This document shows positions 9,520-18,764 of a stretch of 40,564 nucleotides of DNA, one piece after another; position 1 is the stretch's first letter; each line of letters opens with the position of its first letter. The stretch is from Firmicutes bacterium UBA993. Lineage in GTDB: Bacteria; Bacillota; Dethiobacteria; DTU022. The position numbers were made by a program, and so were the translations under genes. The notes beneath the pieces are model-generated. The model saw nothing but the letters and a program-made list of their open reading frames with translations. It was not told the DNA's origin and searched no databases. The stretch spans positions 1 through 40,564 of the forward strand of contig DBBD01000054.1 of NCBI GenBank assembly GCA_002292015.1, written 5' to 3'.

Positions 9520-10758
9520 GTGGCCCTGATAGTTCAGAAGTATGGTGGTACATCGGTTGCCTCCCTTGACCATATTCGCCGCGTGGCCGAATCGGTCGCG
9601 GCGCGAAAACAAAAAGTTAATGACGTTGCTGTTGTGGTGTCGGCAATGAGCGGCCAAACCGATCAGCTGCTGGAGATGGCGGCAAAAATCAGCGCTGTGC
9701 CTGACAGCCGCGAACTAGACGCCCTGGTTGCCACCGGTGAGCAGGTCTGCGCCGCCCTGATGGCAATTACTTTAAACAGCATCGGCTGCCCGGCAATATC
9801 GCTATTGGGCCTGCAGCTGCCGCTGGTCACCGACTCGGTTCATACCAAGGCCAGGATCCTTGATTTGCAGACAGATAAACTGAAGCAGCTGTTCCGTGAA
9901 GGGGTGGTACCGGTTGTCGCCGGTTTTCAAGGGGTAACGGAGGAAGGCAGTATTACCACTCTTGGGCGGGGTGGGTCAGATACAACCGCTGTAGCTATAG
10001 CCGCAGCGCTTAATGCTGACTGCTGTGAAATATATACCGATGTCGACGGAATCTATACGGCAGACCCGAATGTTTGCCCGAAAGCCCGTCACCTGGATAA
10101 AATATCTTACTCGGTCATGCTGGAGCTGGCCGGATTAGGCGCCAAGGTACTCCATTCGCGTTCCGTTGAGCTGGCCCAAAAATTTGCAGTCCCTCTGGTA
10201 GTTAAATCATCTTTCGGGAGCGCTAAACAAACATGGATCGTCAACGAGGAGGACATTATGGAAGATTCTGTTATTCAAGGTGTGACGCTCGAGCGTAATG
10301 TTTCCAAAATATCGCTGATTCGCGTTCCTGACCGACCGGGTATCGCTCACCGGATTTTGTCTCCCCTAGCCGATGCAGCGATCAATGTCGATATGATCAT
10401 CCAAAATGCAAGTACCGACGGATTCGCCGACTTTACATTTACCATTGCCAAAACAGACCTTGAACAAGCCACCCGGCTGGTTGAAAAGGTCGCTACCGAA
10501 ATCGGAGCCCTCGAAGTTCTGGCTGCCAACAACATTGTTAAAGTATCTGCTGTCGGTATCGGTATTAAAACTAACCCCGGAGTAGCGGCAAAGATGTTTA
10601 AATCACTTTCCTCGGAAAATATCAATATCGAAATGATCAGCACTTCCGAGTACCGTATCTCCTGTGTCATAGAAGAAAAATACGGTGAGTTGGCGGTTAG
10701 GGCAATCCACCTGGCTTTTGAACTCGAAGGACAACCGGGAAGGCTAAAGGAACGTTAA
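9520..10758 (+). CDS. lysC: Aspartate kinase (alpha subunit, two ACT domains)
   Basis: VQKYGGTSV, VVSAM, TLGRGGSDTTA, YTDVDG, GAKVLH, ISTSE; GTG start at 9520. Confidence 0.93.
   Translation: MALIVQKYGGTSVASLDHIRRVAESVAARKQKVNDVAVVVSAMSGQTDQLLEMAAKISAVPDSRELDALVATGEQVCAALMAITLNSIGCPAISLLGLQLPLVTDSVHTKARILDLQTDKLKQLFREGVVPVVAGFQGVTEEGSITTLGRGGSDTTAVAIAAALNADCCEIYTDVDGIYTADPNVCPKARHLDKISYSVMLELAGLGAKVLHSRSVELAQKFAVPLVVKSSFGSAKQTWIVNEEDIMEDSVIQGVTLERNVSKISLIRVPDRPGIAHRILSPLADAAINVDMIIQNASTDGFADFTFTIAKTDLEQATRLVEKVATEIGALEVLAANNIVKVSAVGIGIKTNPGVAAKMFKSLSSENINIEMISTSEYRISCVIEEKYGELAVRAIHLAFELEGQPGRLKER
10258..10758 (+). CDS. Putative aspartate kinase beta subunit from an in-frame internal start
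   Basis: GAGGAGG at 10246-10252, 5 nt before the in-frame ATG (EEDI-MEDS) that precedes the ACT domains. Confidence 0.6.
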   Translation: MEDSVIQGVTLERNVSKISLIRVPDRPGIAHRILSPLADAAINVDMIIQNASTDGFADFTFTIAKTDLEQATRLVEKVATEIGALEVLAANNIVKVSAVGIGIKTNPGVAAKMFKSLSSENINIEMISTSEYRISCVIEEKYGELAVRAIHLAFELEGQPGRLKER

Positions 10759-10777
10759 AAGGAATATACCGAAAGGA

Positions 10778-10912
10778 TTGTCAGGGGGACGGGGTTGTTG
10801 ACATCTTTTTTCCAATGATTGCTTGGTCCCCCGTTTTTTAGCTGCCCCGCATTGATGAATGATCAGCAGAAACCACAAATAAAAGTTGTCACCAACCCCG
10901 TCCCCCTGACAA
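10778..10912. repeat. Inverted pair of 26-bp REP-like units (REPIN/MITE-like)
   Basis: TTGTCAGGGGGACGGGGTTGTTGACA (10778-10803) matches the reverse complement of 10887-10912 at 25/26 positions. Confidence 0.85.
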
Positions 10913-10936
10913 CTTACCAATTCCATTCTAACGGCT

Positions 10937-12754
10937 TCATTTAAGCTCTTCCCTGGTTGTTCCGGATAAGCCCAGTTCCGACAGCTTCCGATACAGGGTG
11001 GCCCGGCTAATTTCGAGCTTCTCCGCTATAGTATTTTTACCTTCATAGGAGCTTCCGTAAAGCTCAAGGTATTCCAATAAAATAATCCGCTCGTAATCGC
11101 GAACCCGCTCTTTTAAAGGCATTAATACCTTCAGGCCCCTTGCGGCCTGTAGCTCCCGAATCCGCGGAGGCATGCTGCTTAAAGCAATCGTATCTCCAGA
11201 CGCCATATTTACTGAGTACTCTATAGTATTTTCCAATTCCCGCACATTACCGGGCCAGTTGTATTGAAGCAGGCAGTCCATTGCTTCCGGTTCGACCGCG
11301 CTGAATCTCTTGTTTAACATGGGCCCGTATTTGTCGAGGCAGCATTGAACCAGGGCCGGAATATCTTCTCGGCGCTCCTTAAGCGGCGGGATATGGAGCG
11401 GAATCACGCTTAAGCGAAAATATAAATCCTTGCGGAAATTGCCTTCGTACATCATCTTTTCCAGGTCGCGGTTTGAAGCAGCAATAATACGGACATCCAC
11501 CGGGATTTTATTGTTACCGCCAACCCTTTCGACCTCGCGGCCCTGCAAAACGTGCAGCAGCTTGACCTGCAAATGGAGGGGCATCTCTCCGATTTCATCT
11601 AAAAATATTGTGCCTTCGTTAGCCAGCTCAAATTTACCGGCCTTGCCATCCTTTCTGGCTCCGGTAAAAGCGCCGCCCTCATAGCCGAAGAGTTCGCTTT
11701 CCAGCAGCGTTTCCGGAATCGCCCCGCAGTTGATACTGATAAACGGGCCTTCAACCCTGGCGCTGGCCTGGTGGATAGCGCGGGCAAAGACCTCCTTACC
11801 GGTACCGCTTTCCCCGGTGATCAGAATGGTCGAGTTGCCGCCGGCGACGCGCAGTGCCTGCTCCTTAACCTGCCTGATGGCTTTGCTCTCGCCAATTATA
11901 TCTTCGAAGGTGTAACCCGTCGCAGTAGCGCTTAAATCATAGATCAGGCGCCGCGCTTCGGCAATATCCCGGAAAGAAACCACCGCTCCGTCCGGCTTAT
12001 CATGCCCCCGAATCGGTCTTACCGAAACGATAAAGTGCATCCTGTTTTTATCTTTGCCCTGGTAAATCTCTTCTTTTTCAATGTATTCCAACCCGGTGCG
12101 CAACACTTCCATTGCGGGGGTATCGGCCCAGAATTCTGCCAACTTTCTGCCGATTATTTTTTCCCGCTGCAATTTCAGCAGTTTCTCCGCCGTGGTATTG
12201 CAGTGAGTAACCACGCCGACAGCATCAATGGCCAGCGCCCCTTCGTGAATCGTCTCCAGGATGGTGGTCAGCTCGTTCGATAAGCGGGTCAGTCTTACAA
12301 CAGCATCGCTTTCGGCAACTTTGGCCGCTAAAAAACGGCTGAGGTGCTGCAAAAAAGAAAGCACAGCTTCAGGTTTTGACAGCAGGTTATCTTTTTGTGC
12401 CGGGTTAAAGGCTACCAGGCCAATTACACCGATCACCTGATCATTTAGTATAATCGGAGAACATATCTCGGCCAACTCCGGGGTGGTGCCTTTTAGTGAG
12501 GAAGGATCGTATTCCGGATCGCTGACCGGATCTTGCACCACGCACGACCGCCTGCTGCGCAGGGTTCTGGCATAAAGATAGCCACCTTCCACCAAGCCCA
12601 GTTCTTCTTTCTGACCAATTTTATCTTTGTAAAAACCGCTGCCGGCTACCACTGTTAACTCGTGATCGACAATCTCCACTTCAATGGAAAGGGCAGCGGC
12701 GATCGCTTCGGACAGATCCTGAACCATCGGTTGAATAGACATTAAACCCGACAT
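10937..12754 (-). CDS. Sigma54-dependent enhancer-binding protein (GAF-like + PAS + AAA+ + Fis HTH)
   Basis: [51 protein letters not shown]; no REC domain; ATG 12754 has a GAGGT RBS (alternative GTG 12784). Confidence 0.93.
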   Translation of the reverse strand: MSGLMSIQPMVQDLSEAIAAALSIEVEIVDHELTVVAGSGFYKDKIGQKEELGLVEGGYLYARTLRSRRSCVVQDPVSDPEYDPSSLKGTTPELAEICSPIILNDQVIGVIGLVAFNPAQKDNLLSKPEAVLSFLQHLSRFLAAKVAESDAVVRLTRLSNELTTILETIHEGALAIDAVGVVTHCNTTAEKLLKLQREKIIGRKLAEFWADTPAMEVLRTGLEYIEKEEIYQGKDKNRMHFIVSVRPIRGHDKPDGAVVSFRDIAEARRLIYDLSATATGYTFEDIIGESKAIRQVKEQALRVAGGNSTILITGESGTGKEVFARAIHQASARVEGPFISINCGAIPETLLESELFGYEGGAFTGARKDGKAGKFELANEGTIFLDEIGEMPLHLQVKLLHVLQGREVERVGGNNKIPVDVRIIAASNRDLEKMMYEGNFRKDLYFRLSVIPLHIPPLKERREDIPALVQCCLDKYGPMLNKRFSAVEPEAMDCLLQYNWPGNVRELENTIEYSVNMASGDTIALSSMPPRIRELQAARGLKVLMPLKERVRDYERIILLEYLELYGSSYEGKNTIAEKLEISRATLYRKLSELGLSGTTREELK

Positions 12755-12850
12755 AATGCTTACCTCGTTTTGATTATTCTCCACTCTGTGCTTTGATTAA
12801 TTCGGCGCAGGTCACCGTACACCTGCCCTGCTAAAGCTGTTTGCGTTTTT

Positions 12851-12896
12851 TTCTCATAATCGAGAAGAAAGGGAACGGTTGCCTTCGAATTGAGAA
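12851..12896. promoter_or_regulatory. Candidate upstream activator sites for the sigma54 activator
   Basis: Palindrome TTCTC-ataatc-GAGAA at 12851-12866 plus a TGAGAA half-site at 12891-12896, about 80-120 bp upstream of the -24 element. Confidence 0.5.
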
Positions 12897-12972
12897 ACAC
12901 CTGGTTATACGAAAACTCTATAACAACCAGCTGCACTTGATAGTAGCCTACGACAAAAAGGTCCTTACCAAT

Positions 12973-12988
12973 TGGCACTATTATTGCA
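12973..12988 (+). promoter_or_regulatory. Sigma54 (-24/-12) promoter
   Basis: TGGCACTATTATTGCA with exact GG-N10-GC spacing, divergent from the activator gene. Confidence 0.9.
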
Positions 12989-13142
12989 ACCTTTTCTCTA
13001 ACGGCAATTTTCTGCAACAAAAGTATAGGCCTTTGGAGGATTATGCAGAGCAGCTGCCGAATGTTGACTGGGTCAAGGTAGTATAGAAGAGTGGGTTATT
13101 TACTTGTTACAAAGATACATTACGGAAAGGAGATGAATTTGT

Positions 13143-13535
13143 TTGAAAGCGCTGGCTTTTCATGCTGAAAAGTGTATCGGCTGCAAGCTCTGTCATTTGG
13201 CCTGCAGCGCCCAGAATGAAGGCGAGTTCAATCCCCGGCTGGCCCGCCTGAAGATTACTTCAATTCACAAACGTGATGGCTTACTGGTCAGGGGACAGAC
13301 CTGCGACCTTTGCCTGACCTGCGTTGAAGTCTGCCCGGAGGACGCCATCGTTGAAAAAAACGGGCGGCTTAATTTCTTGCCTGAACTCTGCACCGATTGT
13401 GGCATCTGCGTGGATACCTGCCCGCCCCAGGTCATCGTAGATAAACCGGAGGGAGTCGGGGTTTGCGTTCAGTGCCGGAGCTGCGCCAACTGGTGCCCGA
13501 CTGCGGCGCTTACCTTCGAGGAGGTGAACAAATAA
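13143..13535 (+). CDS. Multi-[4Fe-4S] ferredoxin-like subunit (AOR partner)
   Basis: Four CxxCxxCxxxC motifs; TTG start with AAAGGAG RBS; TAATG coupling to AOR. Confidence 0.9.
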   Translation: MKALAFHAEKCIGCKLCHLACSAQNEGEFNPRLARLKITSIHKRDGLLVRGQTCDLCLTCVEVCPEDAIVEKNGRLNFLPELCTDCGICVDTCPPQVIVDKPEGVGVCVQCRSCANWCPTAALTFEEVNK

Positions 13536-15289
13536 TGGCCTATATTGATAAAGTATTACGAATTAACCTGACCAACGGCAGAACAACATCAGAGCCCTTA
13601 AATAAAGAGTGGGCTAAAGATTACCTGGGTGGGAAAGGATTAAGCATCAAATATCTTTACGAGGAACTTAAACCCGGTATTGATCCTCTTTCAGCTGACA
13701 ACAAATTAATTTTAATGACCGGTCCGCTGACCGGCACCATAGTTCCTAACAGCGGCAAGCTGGCCATTGCGGCCAAGTCGCCGGCCACCGGGACAATCCT
13801 GGACTGTTCAATTGGCGGGCATTTTGCCCCTGAACTAAAATTTGCCGGATATGACGCCGTTATCATCGAGGGGAAAGCTACTGAACCGATCTACCTATTC
13901 ATTGAAGATAGCAATGTCGAGCTGCGCAACGCCGCCGATCTTTGGGGCAAGGGCGCTCACGAGACAGAACATCTGCTCTATGAAAGGTTAGGCGATGTCA
14001 TCACCTTAGCAATCGGCCAGGCCGGTGAAAACCTTTTGCCCATGGCCTGTATCAGTTCAGAGCTCTACCGCCAGGCTGGTCGCGGTGGCATCGGCGCCGT
14101 AATGGGCAGTAAAAACCTTAAAGCAATTTCCGTAAGAGGCAATGGCGGCGTTAAAATACCCGACATCCGCAAATTTTCAGCGACTCTAAACAAAATCAAG
14201 CGCGAGGACACGATGACTGATGACAACATGTGGGCATACAGTGACGGGACCCCAATGATTGTCGACCTTTCTCAATCTACCGGCATTCTTCCGACCCGCA
14301 ACTTCCAGGAAGGGACATTCGACGAATACAAAAATATAAATTCCGAGGCAGTCAAAAGTGTTCTAAAAGCAAAAAAAGCCTGCTTTGCCTGCCCTCTGGC
14401 CTGTAGCAATTACGTTAAGATGGGCAAAACTGAAATTGAGGGCCCGGAGTACGAAACACTGGCCCTCTGCGGTTCAAATTGCGGAATTGGCGACATGGAA
14501 GCACTGATTGAATTTAACCGACTTTGTGATGATCACTGCCTTGATACAATATCGGCTGGTAATACTGTGGCTTTTGCCATGGAACTGACCGAAAAGGGGA
14601 TCCATGACTTTGGTATCCGTTTCGGCGATGTGGAAAATTATCTGCAAATGCCGACACTGATCGCCACCAGACAAGGGGTCGGAGCCGACCTGGCTTTGGG
14701 TGTTAAAAAGATGGCTGAAAAATTCGGCGGCCGCGATTTTGCCATGGAAGTCAAGGGTCTGGAGATTCCGGGCTATGAACCGCGCGGTTCCTGGGCCATG
14801 GGGCTGGCTTACGGTACTGCTGATCGCGGTGCCTGCCATTTAAGAGCCTGGCCGGCTTCCGTTGAAGCTTTTGGCAAAATCGATCCCTTTACCAGCGAAG
14901 GGAAAGCGGAGCTGGTAATCGGCATGCAGGATATCAACTCGGTTAAATTCTCAGCGATCTGGTGCGATTTCTGGGCAATCAGCACAGAGCAGATGGCAGA
15001 AATTCTCACCCTGCTGCTCGAGCGCGACATTACCGCGGCCGAACTGAGCACTATCGGCGAACGAATTAACAACCTGGCCCGCCTGTTTAACGAGCGCGAG
15101 GGCTTTGATCGCAAAGACGACTACCTGCCAACCCGGGTTCACAATGAAAAGCTGACCACCGGTTTTACAGCAGGAAAATCATTGCCCAGGGAAAATTACG
15201 AGAAAATGCTATCCGAGTATTACCAACTGCGCGGCTGGGATGAAAACGGTAAGATAACAGCTGAAAAGAAAAAGGCTCTTAATCTCTAA
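13535..15289 (+). CDS. aor: Aldehyde:ferredoxin oxidoreductase (tungstopterin AOR/WOR family)
   Basis: YLGGKGL, KSPATG, AGRGGIGAVMGSKNLKA, CFACPLAC, EGPEYET, LDTIS, YEPRG, DRGACH, YYQLRGWD; GGAGGTG RBS. Confidence 0.93.
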   Translation: MAYIDKVLRINLTNGRTTSEPLNKEWAKDYLGGKGLSIKYLYEELKPGIDPLSADNKLILMTGPLTGTIVPNSGKLAIAAKSPATGTILDCSIGGHFAPELKFAGYDAVIIEGKATEPIYLFIEDSNVELRNAADLWGKGAHETEHLLYERLGDVITLAIGQAGENLLPMACISSELYRQAGRGGIGAVMGSKNLKAISVRGNGGVKIPDIRKFSATLNKIKREDTMTDDNMWAYSDGTPMIVDLSQSTGILPTRNFQEGTFDEYKNINSEAVKSVLKAKKACFACPLACSNYVKMGKTEIEGPEYETLALCGSNCGIGDMEALIEFNRLCDDHCLDTISAGNTVAFAMELTEKGIHDFGIRFGDVENYLQMPTLIATRQGVGADLALGVKKMAEKFGGRDFAMEVKGLEIPGYEPRGSWAMGLAYGTADRGACHLRAWPASVEAFGKIDPFTSEGKAELVIGMQDINSVKFSAIWCDFWAISTEQMAEILTLLLERDITAAELSTIGERINNLARLFNEREGFDRKDDYLPTRVHNEKLTTGFTAGKSLPRENYEKMLSEYYQLRGWDENGKITAEKKKALNL

Positions 15290-15308
15290 ATCATACAGAG
15301 GTGGGAAC

Positions 15309-15542
15309 TTGGAAATAACCTTGCTGCTTAAAGGACCGCTAAAAAAATACACCGACGGAGCGGAACTGCTTGAGCTCGAACTTGATGAAAACGAGCTGAC
15401 TGTTTCTGAGCTGCTGCAAAGGTTTAAGGTTCCTACCTCATCTGTTTCCTTTGTCCAGGTTAACAATGCAAAAAAAGATCTTAACCAGCTTATCAAGGGA
15501 GGTGATACAATTACTGTCAATCCCCGGGTTGCCGGAGGCTAA
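15309..15542 (+). CDS. MoaD/ThiS-family sulfur carrier
   Basis: 77 aa ubiquitin-like protein ending GDTITVNPRVAGG, directly after AOR. Confidence 0.88.
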   Translation: MEITLLLKGPLKKYTDGAELLELELDENELTVSELLQRFKVPTSSVSFVQVNNAKKDLNQLIKGGDTITVNPRVAGG

Positions 15543-15588
15543 GAGCAAAGTTTACTGATATTCATTAAAAACGAAGGGAATGAAATAG

Positions 15589-17163
15589 ATGGAAGACAGC
15601 GTACTGCAGGTATTTACGACAGCACCGTGGATTCTTCTTTTTCTGGGCGTTTACTTGGCTGTTATAATCGCGCTCGGGGTTTTTTATAGCCGCAAGGTCC
15701 ATGAGAGCGATGACCTGGTTGTCGCCGGACGCCAGTTGAACTTTATCTTTTTAGTGCCGTCAATTGTCGCTACCTGGATCTGTGCCGGGGCGATGATGGG
15801 CGCTGCCGGTTATGCGCTCCTGTACGGGATGCAGGGAATTATCTTCGACCCCTGGGCTCCGGCACTCTGCATGGTCCTGATCGGGATCTTTTTTGCCTAC
15901 CGGATGCGCAAAGCTAAGTATACCACTGTTGCCGACTTCTTTAACCACCGCTATGGAAAGTTGAGTGGCACACTTTACTCGATCGTCCAAATCCTTTCTG
16001 CTGTCGCCTGGCTGGGCGGCCAGCTGGTAGCCCTAGGCATAATAGTCTTTTTGACCACCGGCTTAAGTATGAGCACCGCGGTAATTATTGCAACTATCGT
16101 TATAATCATTGTCACCGCCTTCGGCGGCTTGTGGGCGCTTTCCCGGATCGACATGATCGGTTTTATTTTGATTATTGTCGGCTTGGTTATTCTATTTCCG
16201 GCGGTGATGGGACAGGTTGGCGGTCTGGGCGCTCTGATTGAAAATGGGGTAAACTGGGCTGAACTACCCACCTGGTCGATGAAAATCGAAAGCGAAGCTG
16301 CCGGCGGCTATCTTGGCTATGTCGGCCTGCTGGCCGTTCTGCTCTACATCTCGGCCTGGGTAACCCTTTCCCTGGGCGACGTGCCGAGCCAGGTTTTAAT
16401 GCAGCGCGCCCTGGCAGCCAAAGATGAAAAAACAGCCGTAGCTGCCTTTATAACCAGCGGCATCCTTTATCTGACTCTTGGCATGATGCCCGTTTTGATT
16501 GGGATTGCCGTATTTACCACTGGCATGTGGGACAATGTAGCCGACATTACTGCACAAGCGGAACGCGCCCTGCCCTGGGCCGCCTACACATTTATGCCGC
16601 CCTGGGCCAGTGTCCTCTTTCTCGTAACCCTGGCGGCAGCAATTGTCAGCACTACCAGTAATATTGTGCTAACTATCTCTACCCTGGTCGGCCACAATTT
16701 TTACCGTCACTTCAGGCCAAATGCCGATAACGTGGAGATTCTGAAAATCGTCCGCATCTGCATCCCAATTACCGCCCTGCTGGCGATGTCGATCGCTCTT
16801 TATTTTGAGACAGTCTATCGGCTGATTATCCTATCAGGCGGCATCCAGCTGGCCACCATTAGCGCCGCCTACATCCTCGGCTTCTTCTGGAAAAAAGCCA
16901 ACAGCTACGGAGCGGTCAGTTCCTTTGTCACCGGTGCTATTTCCTGGGCTCTTCTCTTTTGGTTCTGGGCTATGCCGGCTACTGACTTTTTCGAAGAGGA
17001 CGCCATCTTTATTGCCATGGTGCCGGCCGCTGCCATCAGCCTGCTGACCCTGATCTTTGTTTCGCTGGCGACTCAAAAATCAAACCCGCCCAAACCGATG
17101 CGTACCCTTGACGGAGAAGATATGACCGCCGCCCCCAAGTTCTTCTGGTCCAAAGGAGCCTAA
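15589..17163 (+). CDS. Sodium:solute symporter (SSS/SLC5 family, choline-transporter-like)
   Basis: Many TM helices; VAGRQL, YTTVADFFNHRYG, AFGGLWA, QVLMQRALAAKD, FFWKKANSYGA. Confidence 0.9.
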   Translation: MEDSVLQVFTTAPWILLFLGVYLAVIIALGVFYSRKVHESDDLVVAGRQLNFIFLVPSIVATWICAGAMMGAAGYALLYGMQGIIFDPWAPALCMVLIGIFFAYRMRKAKYTTVADFFNHRYGKLSGTLYSIVQILSAVAWLGGQLVALGIIVFLTTGLSMSTAVIIATIVIIIVTAFGGLWALSRIDMIGFILIIVGLVILFPAVMGQVGGLGALIENGVNWAELPTWSMKIESEAAGGYLGYVGLLAVLLYISAWVTLSLGDVPSQVLMQRALAAKDEKTAVAAFITSGILYLTLGMMPVLIGIAVFTTGMWDNVADITAQAERALPWAAYTFMPPWASVLFLVTLAAAIVSTTSNIVLTISTLVGHNFYRHFRPNADNVEILKIVRICIPITALLAMSIALYFETVYRLIILSGGIQLATISAAYILGFFWKKANSYGAVSSFVTGAISWALLFWFWAMPATDFFEEDAIFIAMVPAAAISLLTLIFVSLATQKSNPPKPMRTLDGEDMTAAPKFFWSKGA

Positions 17164-17185
17164 ATAAAAGAGCTCTAAGCAATGT

Positions 17186-17220
17186 AAACCGCCGCCACTT
17201 TGCCGTGGCGGCGGTTTTAT
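17186..17220 (+). terminator. 13-bp perfect hairpin with short U tract (partial terminator or stabiliser)
   Basis: AAACCGCCGCCAC-tttgcc-GTGGCGGCGGTTT-TAT. Confidence 0.65.
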
Positions 17221-17256
17221 CGAAGATAACAAATAAAATTCGGAGGGATTATTGTA

Positions 17257-18528
17257 ATGAACCTCATGATCATAGGTGCCGGTGGCGTGGGCCAATCAGT
17301 AGCCATGATTATTAAGCGGGCCGGAAGGGAAGGACATTGGGCAAAAAAGGTTGTTTTGGCAGACTACAACCGTACCCGGGCTGAAGAAGTTTCCACCATG
17401 TGTAGCGATTCCCGCTTTATCGCCGAAGAGGTTGACGCCGGCGATGCTGAGCAGATTAAGGCATTGATCCACAAATACGGCATTACCCAAGTGTTGAATG
17501 CAGTTGAGCCGATCTACAATGAGATTATTTTCGACACCTGTTTCGACTGTAAAATAGGCTACATGGACTGCGCCATGACTCTATCAAAACGACATCCGGA
17601 TAAACCCTTTGAACTGACCCATATTAAACTTGGCGACTACCAGTTGGCTAAACACGAACAGTGGGAAAAAGCGGGCTGCATGGCCCTTGTTGGCTCCGGG
17701 GTGGAACCTGGTATGGCAGACGTTTTTGCCAGTTTTGCGGTGAAGCACCTTTTCGATACTATCGATGAGGTTAACATCCGCGATGGTGATAACTACAATA
17801 TCCCCGGCCATGAAGGTGTAGCTTTTGGTTTTTCGATCTGGACAACGATCGAGGAGTGCTTGAACCCACCTGTAATCTGGGAGAAAGAACGCGGCTGGTA
17901 TTGTACCGAACCTTTCTCTGAACCCGAGGTTTTTTCTTTTCCCGGCGGAATCGGTGATGTTGAGGTTATCAACGTTGAACACGAAGAAGTTATACTCATA
18001 CCCCGGGTGATCAATTGCAACCGGGTAACCTTTAAATTTGGCGTTCCCCGTGAAATGAGAACTTTACTTCTTAATTTGCAACGGTGCGGCATGGATAACG
18101 CAGACCGTAAAATAAAGGTCGGGGACAGTGAAATTTCACCACGTGATTTTCTGGTAAAGGTAGTACCATACCCCCTTGAGCTTGCCTCGAAAATCGTTGG
18201 TAAGGGCTGCGCCGGGACCTGGGTCACCGGCACCAGGGACGGTCTTAAGCGGTCTGTATATCTTTACCAAGTCGCCGATAACCAGGACTGTTATGCGAAA
18301 TACGGCACCAACTCGGTTGTGGCTCAAACGGCTGTCGGCTCGGTAATTATGTTGGAACTGATCGCCACGGGCATTTGGAACCTTAAGGGTGTGTATGGCC
18401 CGGAATCATTTGATCCCGACCCCTTCGTTGCTTTAATGGCTAAGTATGAGTTTCCAGGCGGTATGCAGGAAAAAGACTCGGCGTACTGTGAAATGCTTAA
18501 CCGTAAACGGCTTTTAGGCACACCTTAG
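17257..18528 (+). CDS. Saccharopine dehydrogenase / carboxy(nor)spermidine dehydrogenase-like NAD(P)-dependent oxidoreductase
   Basis: IIGAGGVG Rossmann motif, YMDCA, GSGVEPG, FSIWTTIEECLNP, VEHEEV, GVYGPESFDPDPF. Confidence 0.85.
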   Translation: MNLMIIGAGGVGQSVAMIIKRAGREGHWAKKVVLADYNRTRAEEVSTMCSDSRFIAEEVDAGDAEQIKALIHKYGITQVLNAVEPIYNEIIFDTCFDCKIGYMDCAMTLSKRHPDKPFELTHIKLGDYQLAKHEQWEKAGCMALVGSGVEPGMADVFASFAVKHLFDTIDEVNIRDGDNYNIPGHEGVAFGFSIWTTIEECLNPPVIWEKERGWYCTEPFSEPEVFSFPGGIGDVEVINVEHEEVILIPRVINCNRVTFKFGVPREMRTLLLNLQRCGMDNADRKIKVGDSEISPRDFLVKVVPYPLELASKIVGKGCAGTWVTGTRDGLKRSVYLYQVADNQDCYAKYGTNSVVAQTAVGSVIMLELIATGIWNLKGVYGPESFDPDPFVALMAKYEFPGGMQEKDSAYCEMLNRKRLLGTP

Positions 18529-18647
18529 CCGATCGGGACGAACATTTCCTCAACAAGAAAAGCCGGCGACACATAATTAAAGTGATAAAGTGACGCCGTC
18601 TTTCTGTTGAAACTATCATGCCGGCGGGTGGCACCAGCAGAGGGATT

Positions 18648-18750
18648 CCCCCCCCCTCACCCTCTCCCCGGGGCGAGGGGAAATAGAAAAGCAAATATTT
18701 AAGGCGTAGATAGCCCAGGTCCTCTCCCGGGAGAGGAGTTTATAGGGTGA
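18648..18750. repeat. BoxC-like palindromic repeats, copies 2 and 3 in opposite orientation
   Basis: CCCCTCACCCTCTCCCCGGGGCGAGGGG (18653-18680) and CCTCTCCCGGGAGAGGAGTTTATAGGGTGA (18721-18750). Confidence 0.6.
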
Positions 18751-18764
18751 ACATTTAGTTTTAG

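Noticed and set aside
10778-10912. CRISPR array
   Set aside because: Only two units, in inverted orientation, and no cas genes.
13035-13081. 12-codon uORF (MQSSCRMLTGSR) or Moco/Wco riboswitch in the AOR leader
   Set aside because: SD-to-ATG spacing is only 3 nt and no riboswitch consensus was recognised.
9520-18528. lysC supplying aspartate semialdehyde to the CASDH-like enzyme as one biosynthetic cluster
   Set aside because: lysC is separated by a repeat element and a convergent gene, and asd and the decarboxylase are absent; proximity alone is insufficient.
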